Origin: Paragordius varius
Taxonomy: Eukaryota; Animalia; Nematomorpha
NCBI GenBank assembly: GCA_964247055.1
Contig: OZ176055.1
Coordinates: 3,038,001 to 3,102,000, forward strand
Length of the DNA: 64,000 bases
Reading direction: 5' to 3'
Shown here: positions 40,901 to 53,800 of the stretch, in pieces
Layout of the letters: each line of letters begins with the position of its first letter
Numbering within the stretch: the stretch's first letter is position 1
Notes under the pieces: model-generated
What the model was told of the DNA's origin: nothing
Databases searched by the model: none
The model's input: only the letters and a program-made list of their open reading frames with translations
Program-made: the position numbers and the translations under genes

Positions 40901-43900
40901 TCCCTTGTTACATTTTCCGATAGTTAGGTTAGTATATTTAGTATAATTTGGTTTTTGTAGTTAATTTTTTATTGATAACGCATATATACCATTTACAGTT
41001 CAAATTCACTCTTGAACAATTCAAATTCACCCTTGAACAGTTCAACACTCTTGAACAGTTCAAATTCACTCTAATGATAAATTATGTGTTTTCGAACTAA
41101 TATAACTCATTATTAGTATAATATATATTTTTGTGGCATTGTTTATTATTATCTTTAGTATTATTTTAATTTAAAACAAAGTTTTTATTTTTTAAAAATA
41201 TATATAAAATTATAGGTACTTTTTAATCTTAAAAAACATATATTTAATTTGAGGGTGAATATGAATTGTTTGAGGGTGAATTTGAATTGTTCAAGGGTGA
41301 ATTTAATATGTTTAAGGGTGATTTTAAATTGTAAATGGTATAAAAATGAATTCATTTAGAAAGTTTAAATTTAGGATTTTTTATGTTTAAATAAAGATTT
41401 CCTCTCTCTCTTGCATTGAATAGCCAAATTTTGCCGATATAATATGGTATTTCATAGCAACGAAAAACACATTGATAATCTTTTTGTAATAAAAATATAA
41501 AGTTTTGCGTATTTTAATTTTCTCTAAATGTAAATTATTTTACGATTATGTTGTAGTTTATATTATATCAAAGATTAATTTAATATTATGCTTAAAACTA
41601 TATTAATTTTTATGAAAATCACATGTATAAAGGCGCATCGAATTCCCAAGCTTACCCAATAAACCCATATATTTTGGCGGTGAAAGTTTTTTTGAACCAA
41701 AACATAGCGCTTTACAGAATGAGAAAAGTGATGTCTCTTGTGTAGACAAGTAAATTTTTTTTAGAAAAAATCGAAAAAAAACGAGCGTTTTTGCTTCATT
41801 TATATTTAAAATAACACGTTATTTTTAACTCATTGAAATGAATATGCTTTACTTAAATTGTTACATAATTCAGTTTGTTTTTGGGTATTAATTTTGTCGT
41901 TTTGGCCAATTTTTTGGCTTTTAACTTTTTTACTTTAAAGTTTCAAACAAACTTTCAATCGTAGAATATTAAAAATTTGCTAAATATAATTTATTAGCCC
42001 ATTGCAAACAATAGCTTCTGATCTTTCTATTACATGTACAACTCCGAACCCTGGCCCAGAAAACCCATTTATTTTTTCACCCTTTTTCCATAAACTAAAA
42101 AGTTATCGAGAAAATAAGGGAAATTCAACAACATTCCATACCAAAAATTTTCATCAAAGAAAACGTTTTTCATCATTGACAAAAACTGATGAGTCGTCTT
42201 CTATTGAATTAGGTTACATTATCTCCTGTAAATTATGTATGTAATTATGCTTTTTAATAGCTTGTTCAAATATATTTTTTATATATTATTTAGATCCTAT
42301 AATATGGATTCAAGATGAACCCTGTCCAATAGAGTTTTGGTTAAAAAATATCTATCCTGTCGATATACCCTTGCATTACATGGTATCAATATAGTTTAAT
42401 TAAATTTGGGTCTTTATATAAATATTTTGGTTATAATCCTTAATAAATTTTTATTTGCCCAATTTTTCTGATAATTAGATGTTTAATTCTGGCAAAATTA
42501 ATAGTATTCCATTGGAATCTTAAGTCAATTAAGGTGCTTTATTTCTGCAACGATATTAATTTTAATTATATTTTTTAAAATACCTAAAATAATAATTTAA
42601 AAAATAAACTGTTTAGCGCCTTATTTTAAGCGGCGGCCTGTCCTGTGATATATTCGAATCTTAAATATAATTTTCGTTTTAGGGAATCGTAAGTGATTCG
42701 CATAAATTCCAAGAAATACGAGGAATAAATACATTCTTTTCAACCAAAGATGTAAATTCGAGCACATTTAATAATACTAATACTTCCTCACCCATGCTTA
42801 TTAGAGCTGTTCAAAATAGTGATATTAATAATTCTAATAAAAATTCAGATAATTTGATGCCAAATGAAATGAAAAATAATGGTCAACATCTTAATAATCG
42901 ATTAAACATTTCTTTATATGATCGTATGGTAGGTACACCGCCAAAATTTCCAAGTATACTCATTTATTTTTAAAATAAAATTATAAATTATCGTAAAACA
43001 TTAAATATACCATTTACAATTCAAATTCACCCTGAACAATTCAAATTCACCATCAAACAATTCAAGTTCACCCTTGAACAATTCAAACATACCCTAATAA
43101 AATTATGTGTTTTCGGGATAATATAACTCATCATTAATAGGAAAAATATTTTTACGACATAGTATATTATTTTTTCGGCAGTACATTAAACATAATATTT
43201 TAAAAATAATATATGATAAAGGTGAATCTAAATCCAAAAAAACACATAATTTATTTTAGGGTTAATTTAAATTCTTTAAGGGTGAATTTTAATTGTTTTA
43301 GGGTGAATTTAAACTTTAAATGGTATATTAAAAATATTCTTAACAAATAACCTATTTTCATATCTAACATTAGTTAAATTTACCAATGGGAGTGGTCATC
43401 GTAAATCATTTTCTTACACGCCAAGTATGCTAAATTCTACAGAAACTTCAATGCCCACACAAACTAAAATTAGTATTATGAATAACACTGTTTTGGATGA
43501 AAAAGAACCATTTAAAAAATTTATGCAATGGATTACGCCACAAAATGTTGGCACGTTTGAAATCAATGGTTATGTTAATTATTTTTTTATAGAGTTTTTA
43601 TTTTTATTAATTTTTTTTCGTGAAAAGAATATATTTATTTGTATTAAATACTCTTTTATTTGCAGGATATTATGTGGAATTATATCCAAATGTTCGATCT
43701 ATCATTCGGGACAAGGATTTACGACAATATTCGTTACACAAATGTCATCGAAAAAATTTGAATGATATATTACCATCATTTAACTACAAAATAAAGGTTT
43801 GTGTTTTTGGAAAAAAAGGAGAATGGTTATATAACTTTTAATATGAAAGAAATAGCGTTAAGAATAAATATAGGGGAGATCCGTATTATTTGAGATGATT

Positions 43901-46900
43901 TGCAAATTTTAAAAAGTTCCGAATTTTTGGCATTTTTAGATAAAGGTTTTGAGAATTGCCAAAAGGTAAGAGATAATTAGGTTATGCATTTATTTTTATA
44001 TTATTTTTAAGCTTAAATGCGATTTCAAATATTTTGGTTTTAATAATTATTCTAATTATCAAAGAAAATGCGTTTTAACGTAGTTTAGAGGCACATATTT
44101 ATTTAAAAAAATAACAGGGAAATCCATCGAATTCAACTAAAATATTAAAAGTTATTTTATTTTATCCTTTTATAATAATGACTAAAATTGAGATAAGCAT
44201 ATGTCATTAAATTAATTTTTACAGAAAAAAAGTTTTTTTGTTTGCGGGAAAGAGAGGTGAAAATGGTTAAAATCACAAAAATAATCCAAAAACCAACCTT
44301 TTACAATAAATTACTTTTAGGTAATTCCACCATTACCTTTGTTGGGGTTTCGAACGCCTTTTCCCACCAACACATTTTCAACATCTTTCTTTGATCCAAA
44401 TCAATCTAAACTTGTGTCAGAACCCACCATAAATTTATCATATTCGTTGGAAAGCAATATAATATATTGTAGCCTTTACACTGGGCAATAGTAAGTCATT
44501 AATTCATTTTATTTTTAATTTGCAAATTTGCAATTTTATTAACATAATAATTTTCCTCATCTTACACTAATAATTATGAATTTTCTCCATAGGTAATAAT
44601 CTTAATCTCTAAATTTTTACTTTTTTCAGTGTGGGTATTTTTAAACGGAAAATTAAAGGAAAAAATGATAATTATTTTTTGCTTTTATTTATAAAGTATA
44701 AAATCATATATTTTATATAATATAAAGGACAAATAAAACTTATTTAAAATTAATTACAATTAAATAGGTAGGGAATGTTATGATACGGATATTTATTTAT
44801 TTTTCTTCGATTTTTATAAGTTAGTTTACTCTATTAATCATTAAAATTGATGTTTTCCCATATATTATTAAATTTAAATAGTTTGATCAAACAATTTTTT
44901 AATTAGTTTGGATTGCCCCATTACTTTGTTTAACAATGGCAAAGTATCGATAGAACATATTAAACTGATTCTTAGCATGGATCACAAATGCCACTCAGAA
45001 AGTAACGTTCAAATTGTTAATTGCCTCAAACAAAAATTATTTTTCAATTTTATGATTATTAATATTACATACAACAAAATTAAGAAGCTTTTTTATTATT
45101 ATCAGTTTGTTTTAAAAATTATAAGACTAGCTTTAGGTTTTATGTGGTATAATAAAGCGAAAACATTACCATTGCGACCATGGCCTAATGATTTCTAATC
45201 AGTTGTTTAAAATTACTTTAAGCTTTAATTATATGGCACAAAATATACCATAATTATATGTATATATATATATGCATTGCGTAAAGAATTAACTAAAAAT
45301 ATATGGGTTTCGTTTTTGTAGACCACACACATTATAACGTAACACAATGTTATAATCCTGAGTTTCGTAAATCAACGCTACTCACATGGAAAAAAATGGT
45401 GCAATCGAATTCTAACGGACAAAAAGGTCCACCTTGCGTTAATTTGCCAATAGGCTTGGGGGCCAATAGAGAAATTTTCGTAACTCTATATGGTACAAGC
45501 AAATTTTTTTGGTCTACTTTGACAAATACCAAATCCTTATGTTCGACAGAAGAATCGGATATTGGAAAAAATCCTGCCAATAAAAAATTATCGATCCCCA
45601 AAAACAAATTTGTGGCCCTGACATCAAATTTATTTGGTAAGGTTTAAAAATGTTTATTATTGCTTAAAAATGGGTTTTAAATTTAATGCCAACGCACTGG
45701 ACCAAAATATATTGAATTTGTTAATACGGTTGTTTTGTCACTATGTTTTACATTTGCCAATATTTTTGTTTATAATCTCTAAAAAAATTTTAATAAGGCA
45801 AATTTTATTTATACAGGTAAAAGTTCTGAAAAAGAGGAACCATGTATACCTCCTAAATGGACATCCACACCATACAGTACTGTTAACAATGAAAATATTT
45901 ACAATACAATATCCAACGATTTTACAAACAAGACTGATTCAATAATTAACAAAACACCTTTTCAATCACCCAGACTGTCTTCATCTCCCTACTTTACTGC
46001 ACCTCTAAACTTTGAAAACAAAAATCGTTTAAATAGCATGATTAAACCAAATAATAACAGTTTAAAATATAACAACGATTACATATCCAACTCATCATCC
46101 CCAAGCGCAATAAAACACGAATTTATAACTTATCCGGTTTATAACCCATGTCTCAGCATAAATTATGCCAGTGATCTTAAGGCCTCACAAGGGTATGGTA
46201 GAAAGTTGGAAATTGCTTTTCATATTGAAATCAAACCATCTATCATAGTTACGGGTTGTCAATTGCTTGATGCCGAAAGGTAGTTGGAATGATTTACATT
46301 TAATAGAGTTCTATTCTTGTATTTATTGAAAATGGTTATTTTTTGTTTATATTTATAATTTAAATACCAAAAAAATTGATCTTTAATGCATAATAAATGT
46401 TATCATTAAATAACTAAAAAAATTAATTGTTTAGGTCTATAAAATTATTTGTTATATGATTTTTTTCAGTTAGCATACTATTACCGTTAAATATGGCTTA
46501 AATTGGGATAATCTAAATATAAAATTTTGATGGAAAAGCATTTTGTGATTGTTTAACCATTTTTAGTCCTAAACTAACTTACCTGGTACTGGATTTGATG
46601 AATAAGGATCCGTTAAAACACGAAATACAAGTGGTCTATGCTGAAAACAAGGAAATTCATTTATCATATGAGGGCATTTCAAAGTTTGCTATTTTTATAT
46701 ATCCTTGATACTATTTAAATTCTTTTTAAATTAATCATATTACACTTTCTACACCTCGAATATCCACCTTTAATTTAGATTCACGGGTTAAAAAAATTTT
46801 CTTAACAGAATAATATGTTGTTATTATTAAATAGTATTGCATTTTTATAATTTAAACATTCGGATATTTACTTATACAATAATCAATTTTTATACTTCTG

Positions 46901-49569
46901 TATTTTCAAAAATTATATATATTACTGAATATTTCGCATTTTTTATGAACTGCCATTTTTTACTAACATAGGATAGCAATCAGTTGCCAAAAATTAACTA
47001 TATTTCCCAAACAATTAGAATCTTTCATTAAGCACATACCTCATCCATATTTTGATGGTAAAGACAGTGCATTTATCGCAAAGCTCAGTAAAGAATGGTC
47101 TTACCAATTATACGGGAAAAAATTATCAACTCATCAATGGAAAACTCTATCAAAAATCATAAATTATCACTTAAATCAAGAGTGCAAATTAGTTTGGAAA
47201 ATAATATCCTTTTTTATTTATAATATAAATTTATATCTGTGATTGATAGTTATTTAAAAAAGATTTCAAAAAGCTTAAGTGGCACAACCATATTTATTAA
47301 TGGTATTTAAGATTAGTGCATTTGGGGTTAAAAAACCCTTAATTCTGTAGTATATAAATTCCATTATTTGAATCTCATAGGCTATTAAACAAACTTTATC
47401 TATTTTGATTGAAAATTTTACGTGAAAATTCTTTAATTTTATTTATTTTACACTTTAATTCCATAATAAAGTTTTTGGATAAATATATTACATTTCTTAA
47501 CTCTTTCAAAAATGACTGTTTTTCTTGGCCATATTGTACATGGTAAATGGGCTTGTTGAAACTCATGGGAATTTGTATCTCTATGACTTGGAATGGTCTC
47601 AGAATCAATTAATGTCCAAATTAGTTGTCTCGCATTTAACATGGGGTAATATTTATAAATTGTTATTCATAAATTTTATATAGGTTAAAAATATTTTTAC
47701 TATATTTATTTTAGATTTAAAAGTTCAAAACACGAATAATAATGTAAATGCCGAAAATATTACAACCATAAACCTTCACACTAATTTAAAACTCTTAATT
47801 ACGATAACCAATTATGCAGGTATTACATACAAAATAATTTTAATGTTTTCGATTACATATTATTTAGTTTATTGATAATAAATATATTGAAAGTAGTTAT
47901 TTGACAAGACAAAGATTTTTTTAGTTGATTTTTATTAATTGTTTGGATTGTTTTATAATAAATGAGATTACTTTACGGAAAAAATAATTTTTTTATATAA
48001 ACTTTTAAGGGTTTTTTTTCTCCCAACAATGTGGCCAAAAGCATCGGTCCTGTAAATCTTTTATTTGAAATATCCAGATCGTTTTCCACAATAAAAAACC
48101 AACTTTTTAATGGACGCCCCTTACGATTTCGTAAACTTGTAGAAAAATTGACCATGCGGTATAGTCAACTTTCATGTGGGAGTCGGCGCAAACAGTCGGT
48201 AACTGGGGTAATTTGTAGGGCAGTATATGGATTAAAGTTATTATTGTAGTTATAGAGTGGGTTTGTTGCATAAAGTATAGTTTTTAAAATTCTCTTTTCT
48301 GATTGTTGTAACTTTAACGAATTTGTTTTGGTTAAAACCATAGCTTCGGTTGCGTAAATTAGGACGGGTTGTATGGTGGTGGTGTACATAGTCGATTTGG
48401 ATTTGAATGAGATGTATTTATTGTTTAGAATATTTTTAAGTTACTAATTTTTGACCAGACATTTTTTATTCGTTAATTATGGTAAGTTCAAGGCCTCCAC
48501 CCGCACTTATAATGTCACCCAAGTATATGATTGTACCGTTCAAAGGTTCTTCATTGCATATAGTTTGTGAAGATTGGGTTGGGCGTGGTGTGCTGCATAT
48601 AAAACGTGATCTAATTTGGTCGATTTTAACCGAGAGCATTTTTTGTGGACCCATTTTTACATTTGAGCTATTGGACTGCACTGATTTTGACCTCATATTG
48701 AACAGCGCCAATGGGATTATATTTATTATTATTTTCGTTCATCAATTTTGTTTTTAATATATTAACCTTAAGGCACATCTCTAACCGTTCTTTCCATCTC
48801 GCGAGATTTGTGTTTAATTGCACTTCACTGTTTGCCATTAATACCAAGTCGTCTAAATTTTTTATATATATATTTTTTTTCTTTTAGATTTAAATATTGA
48901 CGGAATAGATGTGCTATTGTTTTGTAAAGCGATCGATGAGCCTAACATATACACCATATACCATTACAGTGAAACGAATCCTCAATACACCAAAGTTGAA
49001 AATGGCCATATACCATTTTTAAATAATAAAGTTGATTCCTGATTAATATTTTGTATCATAGTTTTGTGGTTTTTAAAATGTCTTTTTTTGAGAGTATAAG
49101 TGATTCCCGGCAAATATTTTGAATTTATTTCATATGACCTAATCTACCTTTTTTAAAAAACAAGTTAATTAAATATGTTTGAATTTTAATATGTTTTGTA
49201 AGGATTTGTTAATTATGTCGGAGTATAGTGAGAAGGTCTAACTTATCGGTCTAATTTTGGTAATTTCTAAATTTAATTTTTTTAATCCAATAAAAAGTAA
49301 TTAAAATAATGAAATTTTAATTCTAGCCATTTAACTCATTTCCATACAATATTTTATGTCAAAAATTACAGATCTTGGCGAACTCGAAATTGGATATCTG
49401 CGTCCTGTTAAATTTTGATTTTCCTGCTCTTTACAGTATTGAATTATTGTGCAATCCAACAAATCTTTCATTTAAACCTTGGTTAGATCAGTGCAATTTA
49501 TCGGAATATTTTTTCCCAATCGATTGGGATCATAAAAAATCTTTGCAAATTTGTGTTTCCTCTTCCTAG
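34999..49569 (+). CDS. TRAPPC9: Trafficking protein particle complex subunit 9 (TRAPPC9/NIBP/Trs120), multi-exon
   Basis: Recognisable blocks: LARLEKQAADYCILLG...LWYA|ASLEG, LYNRMGMKRKAAFYKR, GWPSIQRQIL, RHALF...FPIVR, NPFIFSP, WIQDEPCPIEFWLKNIYP, PQNVGTFEING, VIPPLP, LYTGQ. Exons traced: 34999-35758, 35789-35876, 36750-36895, 37606-37782, 38189-38469, 38615-38683, 38741-38812, 39120-39254, 39563-39626, 39777-39933, 40721-40927, 41998-42212, 42294-42382, (about 42479-42533 unresolved), 42683-42953, 43374-43568, 43666-43796, 44321-44490, 44907-45001, 45322-45636, 45817-46279, 46567-46683, 46972-47203, 47540-47645, 47715-47819, 48888-49030, 49327-49569. The first exon is divergent and less certain. 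Confidence 0.88.
36105..36645 (+). mobile_element. TTAA-flanked MITE, copy 4 (in a TRAPPC9 intron)
   Basis: TTAA-CACTTGGAT ... ACAAAGTG-TTCA. The interior is homologous to copy 3. Confidence 0.7.
40985..41342. mobile_element. MITE with minisatellite-bearing TIRs, copy B
   Basis: TATACCATTTACAG plus about four 21-bp units, mirrored by GGGTGAATTTGAATTGTTCAA units and TGTAAATGGTATA. Confidence 0.8.
43006..43327. mobile_element. MITE with minisatellite-bearing TIRs, copy C
   Basis: Same termini and 21-bp subterminal units as copies A and B. Confidence 0.8.
47204..47539 (+). other. Probable U12-type (minor spliceosome) AT-AC intron in TRAPPC9
   Basis: 5' end ATATCCTTTT, branch-like TTTCTTAAC (47493-47501), and an AC acceptor at 47538-47539. 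This is the only junction I found that joins the upstream WKI exon in frame to the downstream ...HLTW|DL exon. Confidence 0.75.
48200..48720 (-). mobile_element. LINE (RTE-like) RT C-terminal relic in a TRAPPC9 intron
   Basis: Minus-strand peptides IIYLGDIISAGG and KSKSTMYTTTIQPVLIYATEA...SEKRILKTI, typical of the non-LTR RT YLG and thumb region. Confidence 0.65.
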
Positions 49570-50497
49570 TTATATGCATTTTCATTATTCATATGTGTTA
49601 CAATGTGATTTTGTATTCATATTTAATAATAGTTAATTATATAGTTATTTTATAAATTCAGTTATATATGATAAACTGAATTATTTTTTTACAGTTTTCA
49701 ATATCCAAACTTAAATTGTTTTTGTGAGGTAACTTTTGGCTTATTTGGAAAAGCTAAAAAGCGGCTTACGGATAAATTTTTTACAAACAGTTACTGTCAT
49801 TTTAAATATACTTGCATAAAAATCATTATTTTAATCGTAAAATATTTTTTAATTGATACTTTGGCAATATATTAATGATACAAAAATTATCTGGCGAAAT
49901 TTTTTTTAAAATTAATTTTTTGGATTTTGGTAAATTTAAGTTATAAATAAATTTTATTTTTTACTTACGAATGAAAGCAAATGATTTTTAATTCTTAATA
50001 TTGAAATCTTCAGTAGCTTCAAACTATAATTCATAATATTAATAAACATATCACAGTATGAGTAAGTATATATTGCTAGATAGTTATTAATTATTGCCGA
50101 ATAGCATATACAGCAAAGGCAGTATTATTGTCATATAGTTATTTTTTAATATTATTATTAGCTAATAATAATTGTCTTTGCAGCATAAGCTCGTTGGCAA
50201 TAATTAATAACTTTCTAGCAATGTGTACTTGCTCATACTGTATATAGAAGAGTTTATATAATAATATTTTAAATTTCTAATATCGTTTTGACCATGTTTT
50301 AAAATACATTAAAATACGCTTTAACTAAGTTTAACTTTCAAAAAAAATAATCCAGCATATAAAATTATAAAGCAATCCCGGAATTTTTACATTTTTTTGT
50401 AACATTCCCAAAAATTCATGTCTTTCGCCAATACCTAATATTAAAAATTCAATATTAATTTGTTTTGCTTTTATAATATAGTTTAAAATTATGATAT

Positions 50498-50792
50498 TGT
50501 TAGGCAAATTTGAAAGATATACTTTATTTTTATAATATTTTTCTGTGTTATATGCAAATGTGATATACATACTTTGGTTATATATTATAACTTTAACCCC
50601 TTATTTGAATTGTATTATTTTTGATATTTTTTGTGTTATATGTAAATATACAACCTTTGTTACTTGGAATTTTATTGATATAATGCAAATCATGGACAGT
50701 TAAAATTGCTATATATACACCTTAAAAAAACCAAATAAATAGTTCAGTTCATTTCACATTTCTTTTATTATCTCTTATCTTAAAAGATAAAA
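50498..50792 (+). repeat. 5' LTR
   Basis: TGTTAGGCAAATT...AAAAGATAAAA; matches 54792-55086. Confidence 0.95.
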
Positions 50793-50793
50793 T

Positions 50794-50809
50794 TGGTGGC
50801 CAAGACGAG
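50794..50809 (+). promoter_or_regulatory. Primer-binding site
   Basis: TGGTGGCCAAGACGAG, 1 nt after the LTR end; TGG is complementary to the tRNA CCA end. The tRNA identity is not determined. Confidence 0.75.
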
Positions 50810-50859
50810 TACCGAACTAAGCTAGTGCTAGTGGAGGTCTTACTGATACCCAATCGAAC

Positions 50860-53800
50860 ATGACAACGCCAATCAATCTCGCTAACCTATGCATCGAAAA
50901 ATATAATGATAATATTAAGTTTGAGGAATACGTTGAGTATATGACAAATGTTATGGAGGCAAAAGATATCCCTGTAACAGAACAAGCCCTCAAAACAACC
51001 TTGCTTGCGTATGGAGGTCTAATGGTGGTACGCAAAATCAACCAACGACTCTATCCGAAAAAGATAAAAGATGCAGAATGGACCGAGATAATGGCAACGG
51101 GTTTAAAGGTATTCAATCCCACAAAGTCGAAATTCCAAAGCAGATTTGAGTTTTTCCGACTTGTGCGGAACAACACCGAATCGTTTACCCAATTTCTAGA
51201 ACGGGTAAAAATCGCAGCCGAAGAGGCAAAATTTAAGGATTCAATAGAGGAACGGATTCGAGATGCCTTCGTCATTGGGTTACGGCAACCACAATTGGAA
51301 ATTGACATACATTCAAGGTATCCCGATGCCGAGATCAACGGACAACCCGTGCCTCTAGAAACGATAGTGGATCTCGCACTAGCACACGAGGCTGCCAGGG
51401 CTGGCCTTCATAACAATAATGATAATACCAATTATAATAATGGTAATAATTTAAATCGATTACAACACACCAATAATAATAACAAGGCCATGCGTTCACG
51501 ACAGCCAACAGCAAAACCCCTAACACATTCGTGCAATCGTTGTGGTAATAGCCATGGACCAAACAAATGTCCTGCCTGGAACCGCAATTGCAATAAATGC
51601 GGAAAACCTCATCACTTCGCAAAAATGTGTAGATCAAAAAACACTGCCAAAAATTTGTTCAACCGCCAGATCCATAGAAAAGCAATGCCAACCTCACCAT
51701 GGACCGTAAAAATAATGATAAACAACACAGAACAAACGTTTATCTATGATACTGGAGCTGACATCAGTGTTATCAGCTTTGACACCTGGAAACAATTTGG
51801 CAAGCCAAATATTAGACCCATACCGCCAGTAAAAGCCTACAATAATAGCATAGTACCTCTACTGGGCGTAACAACAGTCACAGTGCAAATCAATGGGCAA
51901 AACTTGGGGAACGCAGAATGTTGTGTATTGAAAGAAAAAATGTCAAAGGCACCGCTCATTTGTGGCTTGGATTGGATCACGAGATTTAACATCGACATTC
52001 CTAAAGTACGAATTAACTTTCTTAAACTTGATAAAATTATTGAAAATTTCCCTAATCTATTTAAAGAGGAATTAGGTTGTTACATTGAGCCAGTTACAAT
52101 TCATATAGCACCCAATGCCTCCCCCAAAGTTTGGCCTTGCCGCCGAGTACCGTTTCCCCTAAGAGCAAAAGTTGAAAATGAATTACTAAGATTACAAAAG
52201 TTAGACATTTTGGAGCCGATAGATCCCAACCTTACACCTCTGACATGGGCCACGCCCACCGTTAATGTGCTCAAAGCGAATGGAGAGGTAAGAATTTGCA
52301 GCGATTTTAGAGTTACCATCAACAAGTGGCTCACTGAGGACTCTCATATCATTCCAACGTTTGATGATTTAGTGAGTAAGATTGGCGAAGGCCAAGTTTT
52401 CACTAAGATTGACTTGAAAGATGCCTATCTACAAATGCCCATAACCAAAGAATCACAAGATCTCTTGACAATTGCGACTCACAAAGGATTTTTTCGCTAC
52501 AAAAGGATGCCTTTCGGACTGTCAACAGCACCAATAATTTTCCAACGAGTCATGGACCAGGTTATAAAAGATTGTCCCGGCACTTGTGCATATTTAGATG
52601 ATGTTTTAGTAACTGGCAAATCTGAACAGGAACATTTAATAAATCTTAATAATGTTTTAAATCGGTTAGAATTAGCAGGTTTTAGATTAAGAAAAGATAA
52701 AATAAAAATTGGTGAACCTTCAGTAAGTTATCTGGGATTTGAAATAAGTAATAAAGGTATAAGTCCTTGCAAGAATAAAGTAAAAGCAATCAATGATTTT
52801 AAAAAACCTGTGGATAAAAAATCTTTAAGAAGTTTTCTAGGATTTTTGACGTTTCATGAAAGATTTATACCCAAGCTTCAATTGATTGTAAGTGATTTAC
52901 ATAGTTTAACAAGTAAGAACGTCAGATGGAACTGGTCGGAAAAACATGAGAATTGTTGGAAAGCCGCTAAGGAATTATTAAGTGAACAAGTATTTTTAAC
53001 ACCATACAATCCGGATAGAAAGTTAGTAATTGAAACCGATGCCTCAGATATAGGGTTTGGATGTATTCTAAGTCATGTTGTAAATGGTGAAAGGAAACCC
53101 ATTGCCTATGGTTCAAGAAAATGTAGTACCGCAGAATCGAACTACTCCACGATAGAAAAGGAATTAAAGGCTATTGTTTTTGCATTAGAAAAGTTCCACA
53201 ACTTCATTTATGGTAGAAAGTTTGAAATTTTGACAGACCACTTACCACTTGTGAGGTTAATAAATAGGGATAGAAATTTGAAAGAAATACAAAATGCGAA
53301 AATTTTAAGATGGGTGAACCGTTTGAATGATTATGACTTTGAACTTAGTTATCAGGCGGGTCCCAAAAATAGAGCTGATTACTTATCAAGATGTCCCAGT
53401 GATGATAATGTCGACACAATCGATAGAGATTACATGGTAACTAGATATCTTAGGTTTCTTAATTGTCATAACGTTCAGTTAAGTCGCGATGAAATTCGGA
53501 GAGAAACGGTTAAAGATAAAATTTTGCAGAAAGTAATTAAGGCGATTCATAACCAAGATTGGAGTGATGTTGAGTTGGCTGGGTTTACGAATCGGAAGGG
53601 AGAGATTTCGTACCAATACGGATTGGTCAGTTTAAACGATCGAATTATCATTCCAGAAAGCTTACAGTCAAACGTGGTCAACTACTTACACAGCGGGCAC
53701 AATAACGTAGAAACAATGAAAGCAATGGCAAGGTTCACTTGTTTTTGGCCGAAATTAGAGAACGATTTGGTAAGAAGATACAGTGAGTGTAGTGCATGTC

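Noticed and set aside
40985-41342. 21-bp repeat arrays as a possible CRISPR
   Set aside because: The units are directly adjacent with no unique spacers, are arranged as inverted arms, and sit in a eukaryotic intron with no cas genes.
42383-42682. Possible second U12-like intron (GTATCAAT donor, ATCCTTAAT branch-like site) and a frame problem at the TRAPPC9 exon near 42479-42533
   Set aside because: The donor deviates from GTATCCTT and no single canonical splicing solution keeps the frame. It could be an alternative acceptor at 42713, a micro-exon or an assembly indel. It cannot be resolved without RNA data.
50331-50570. Minus-strand ORFs MYITFAYNTEK... at 50331-50570 and 54547-54864
   Set aside because: Their shared N-terminus arises only from the duplicated LTR; there is no coding evidence.
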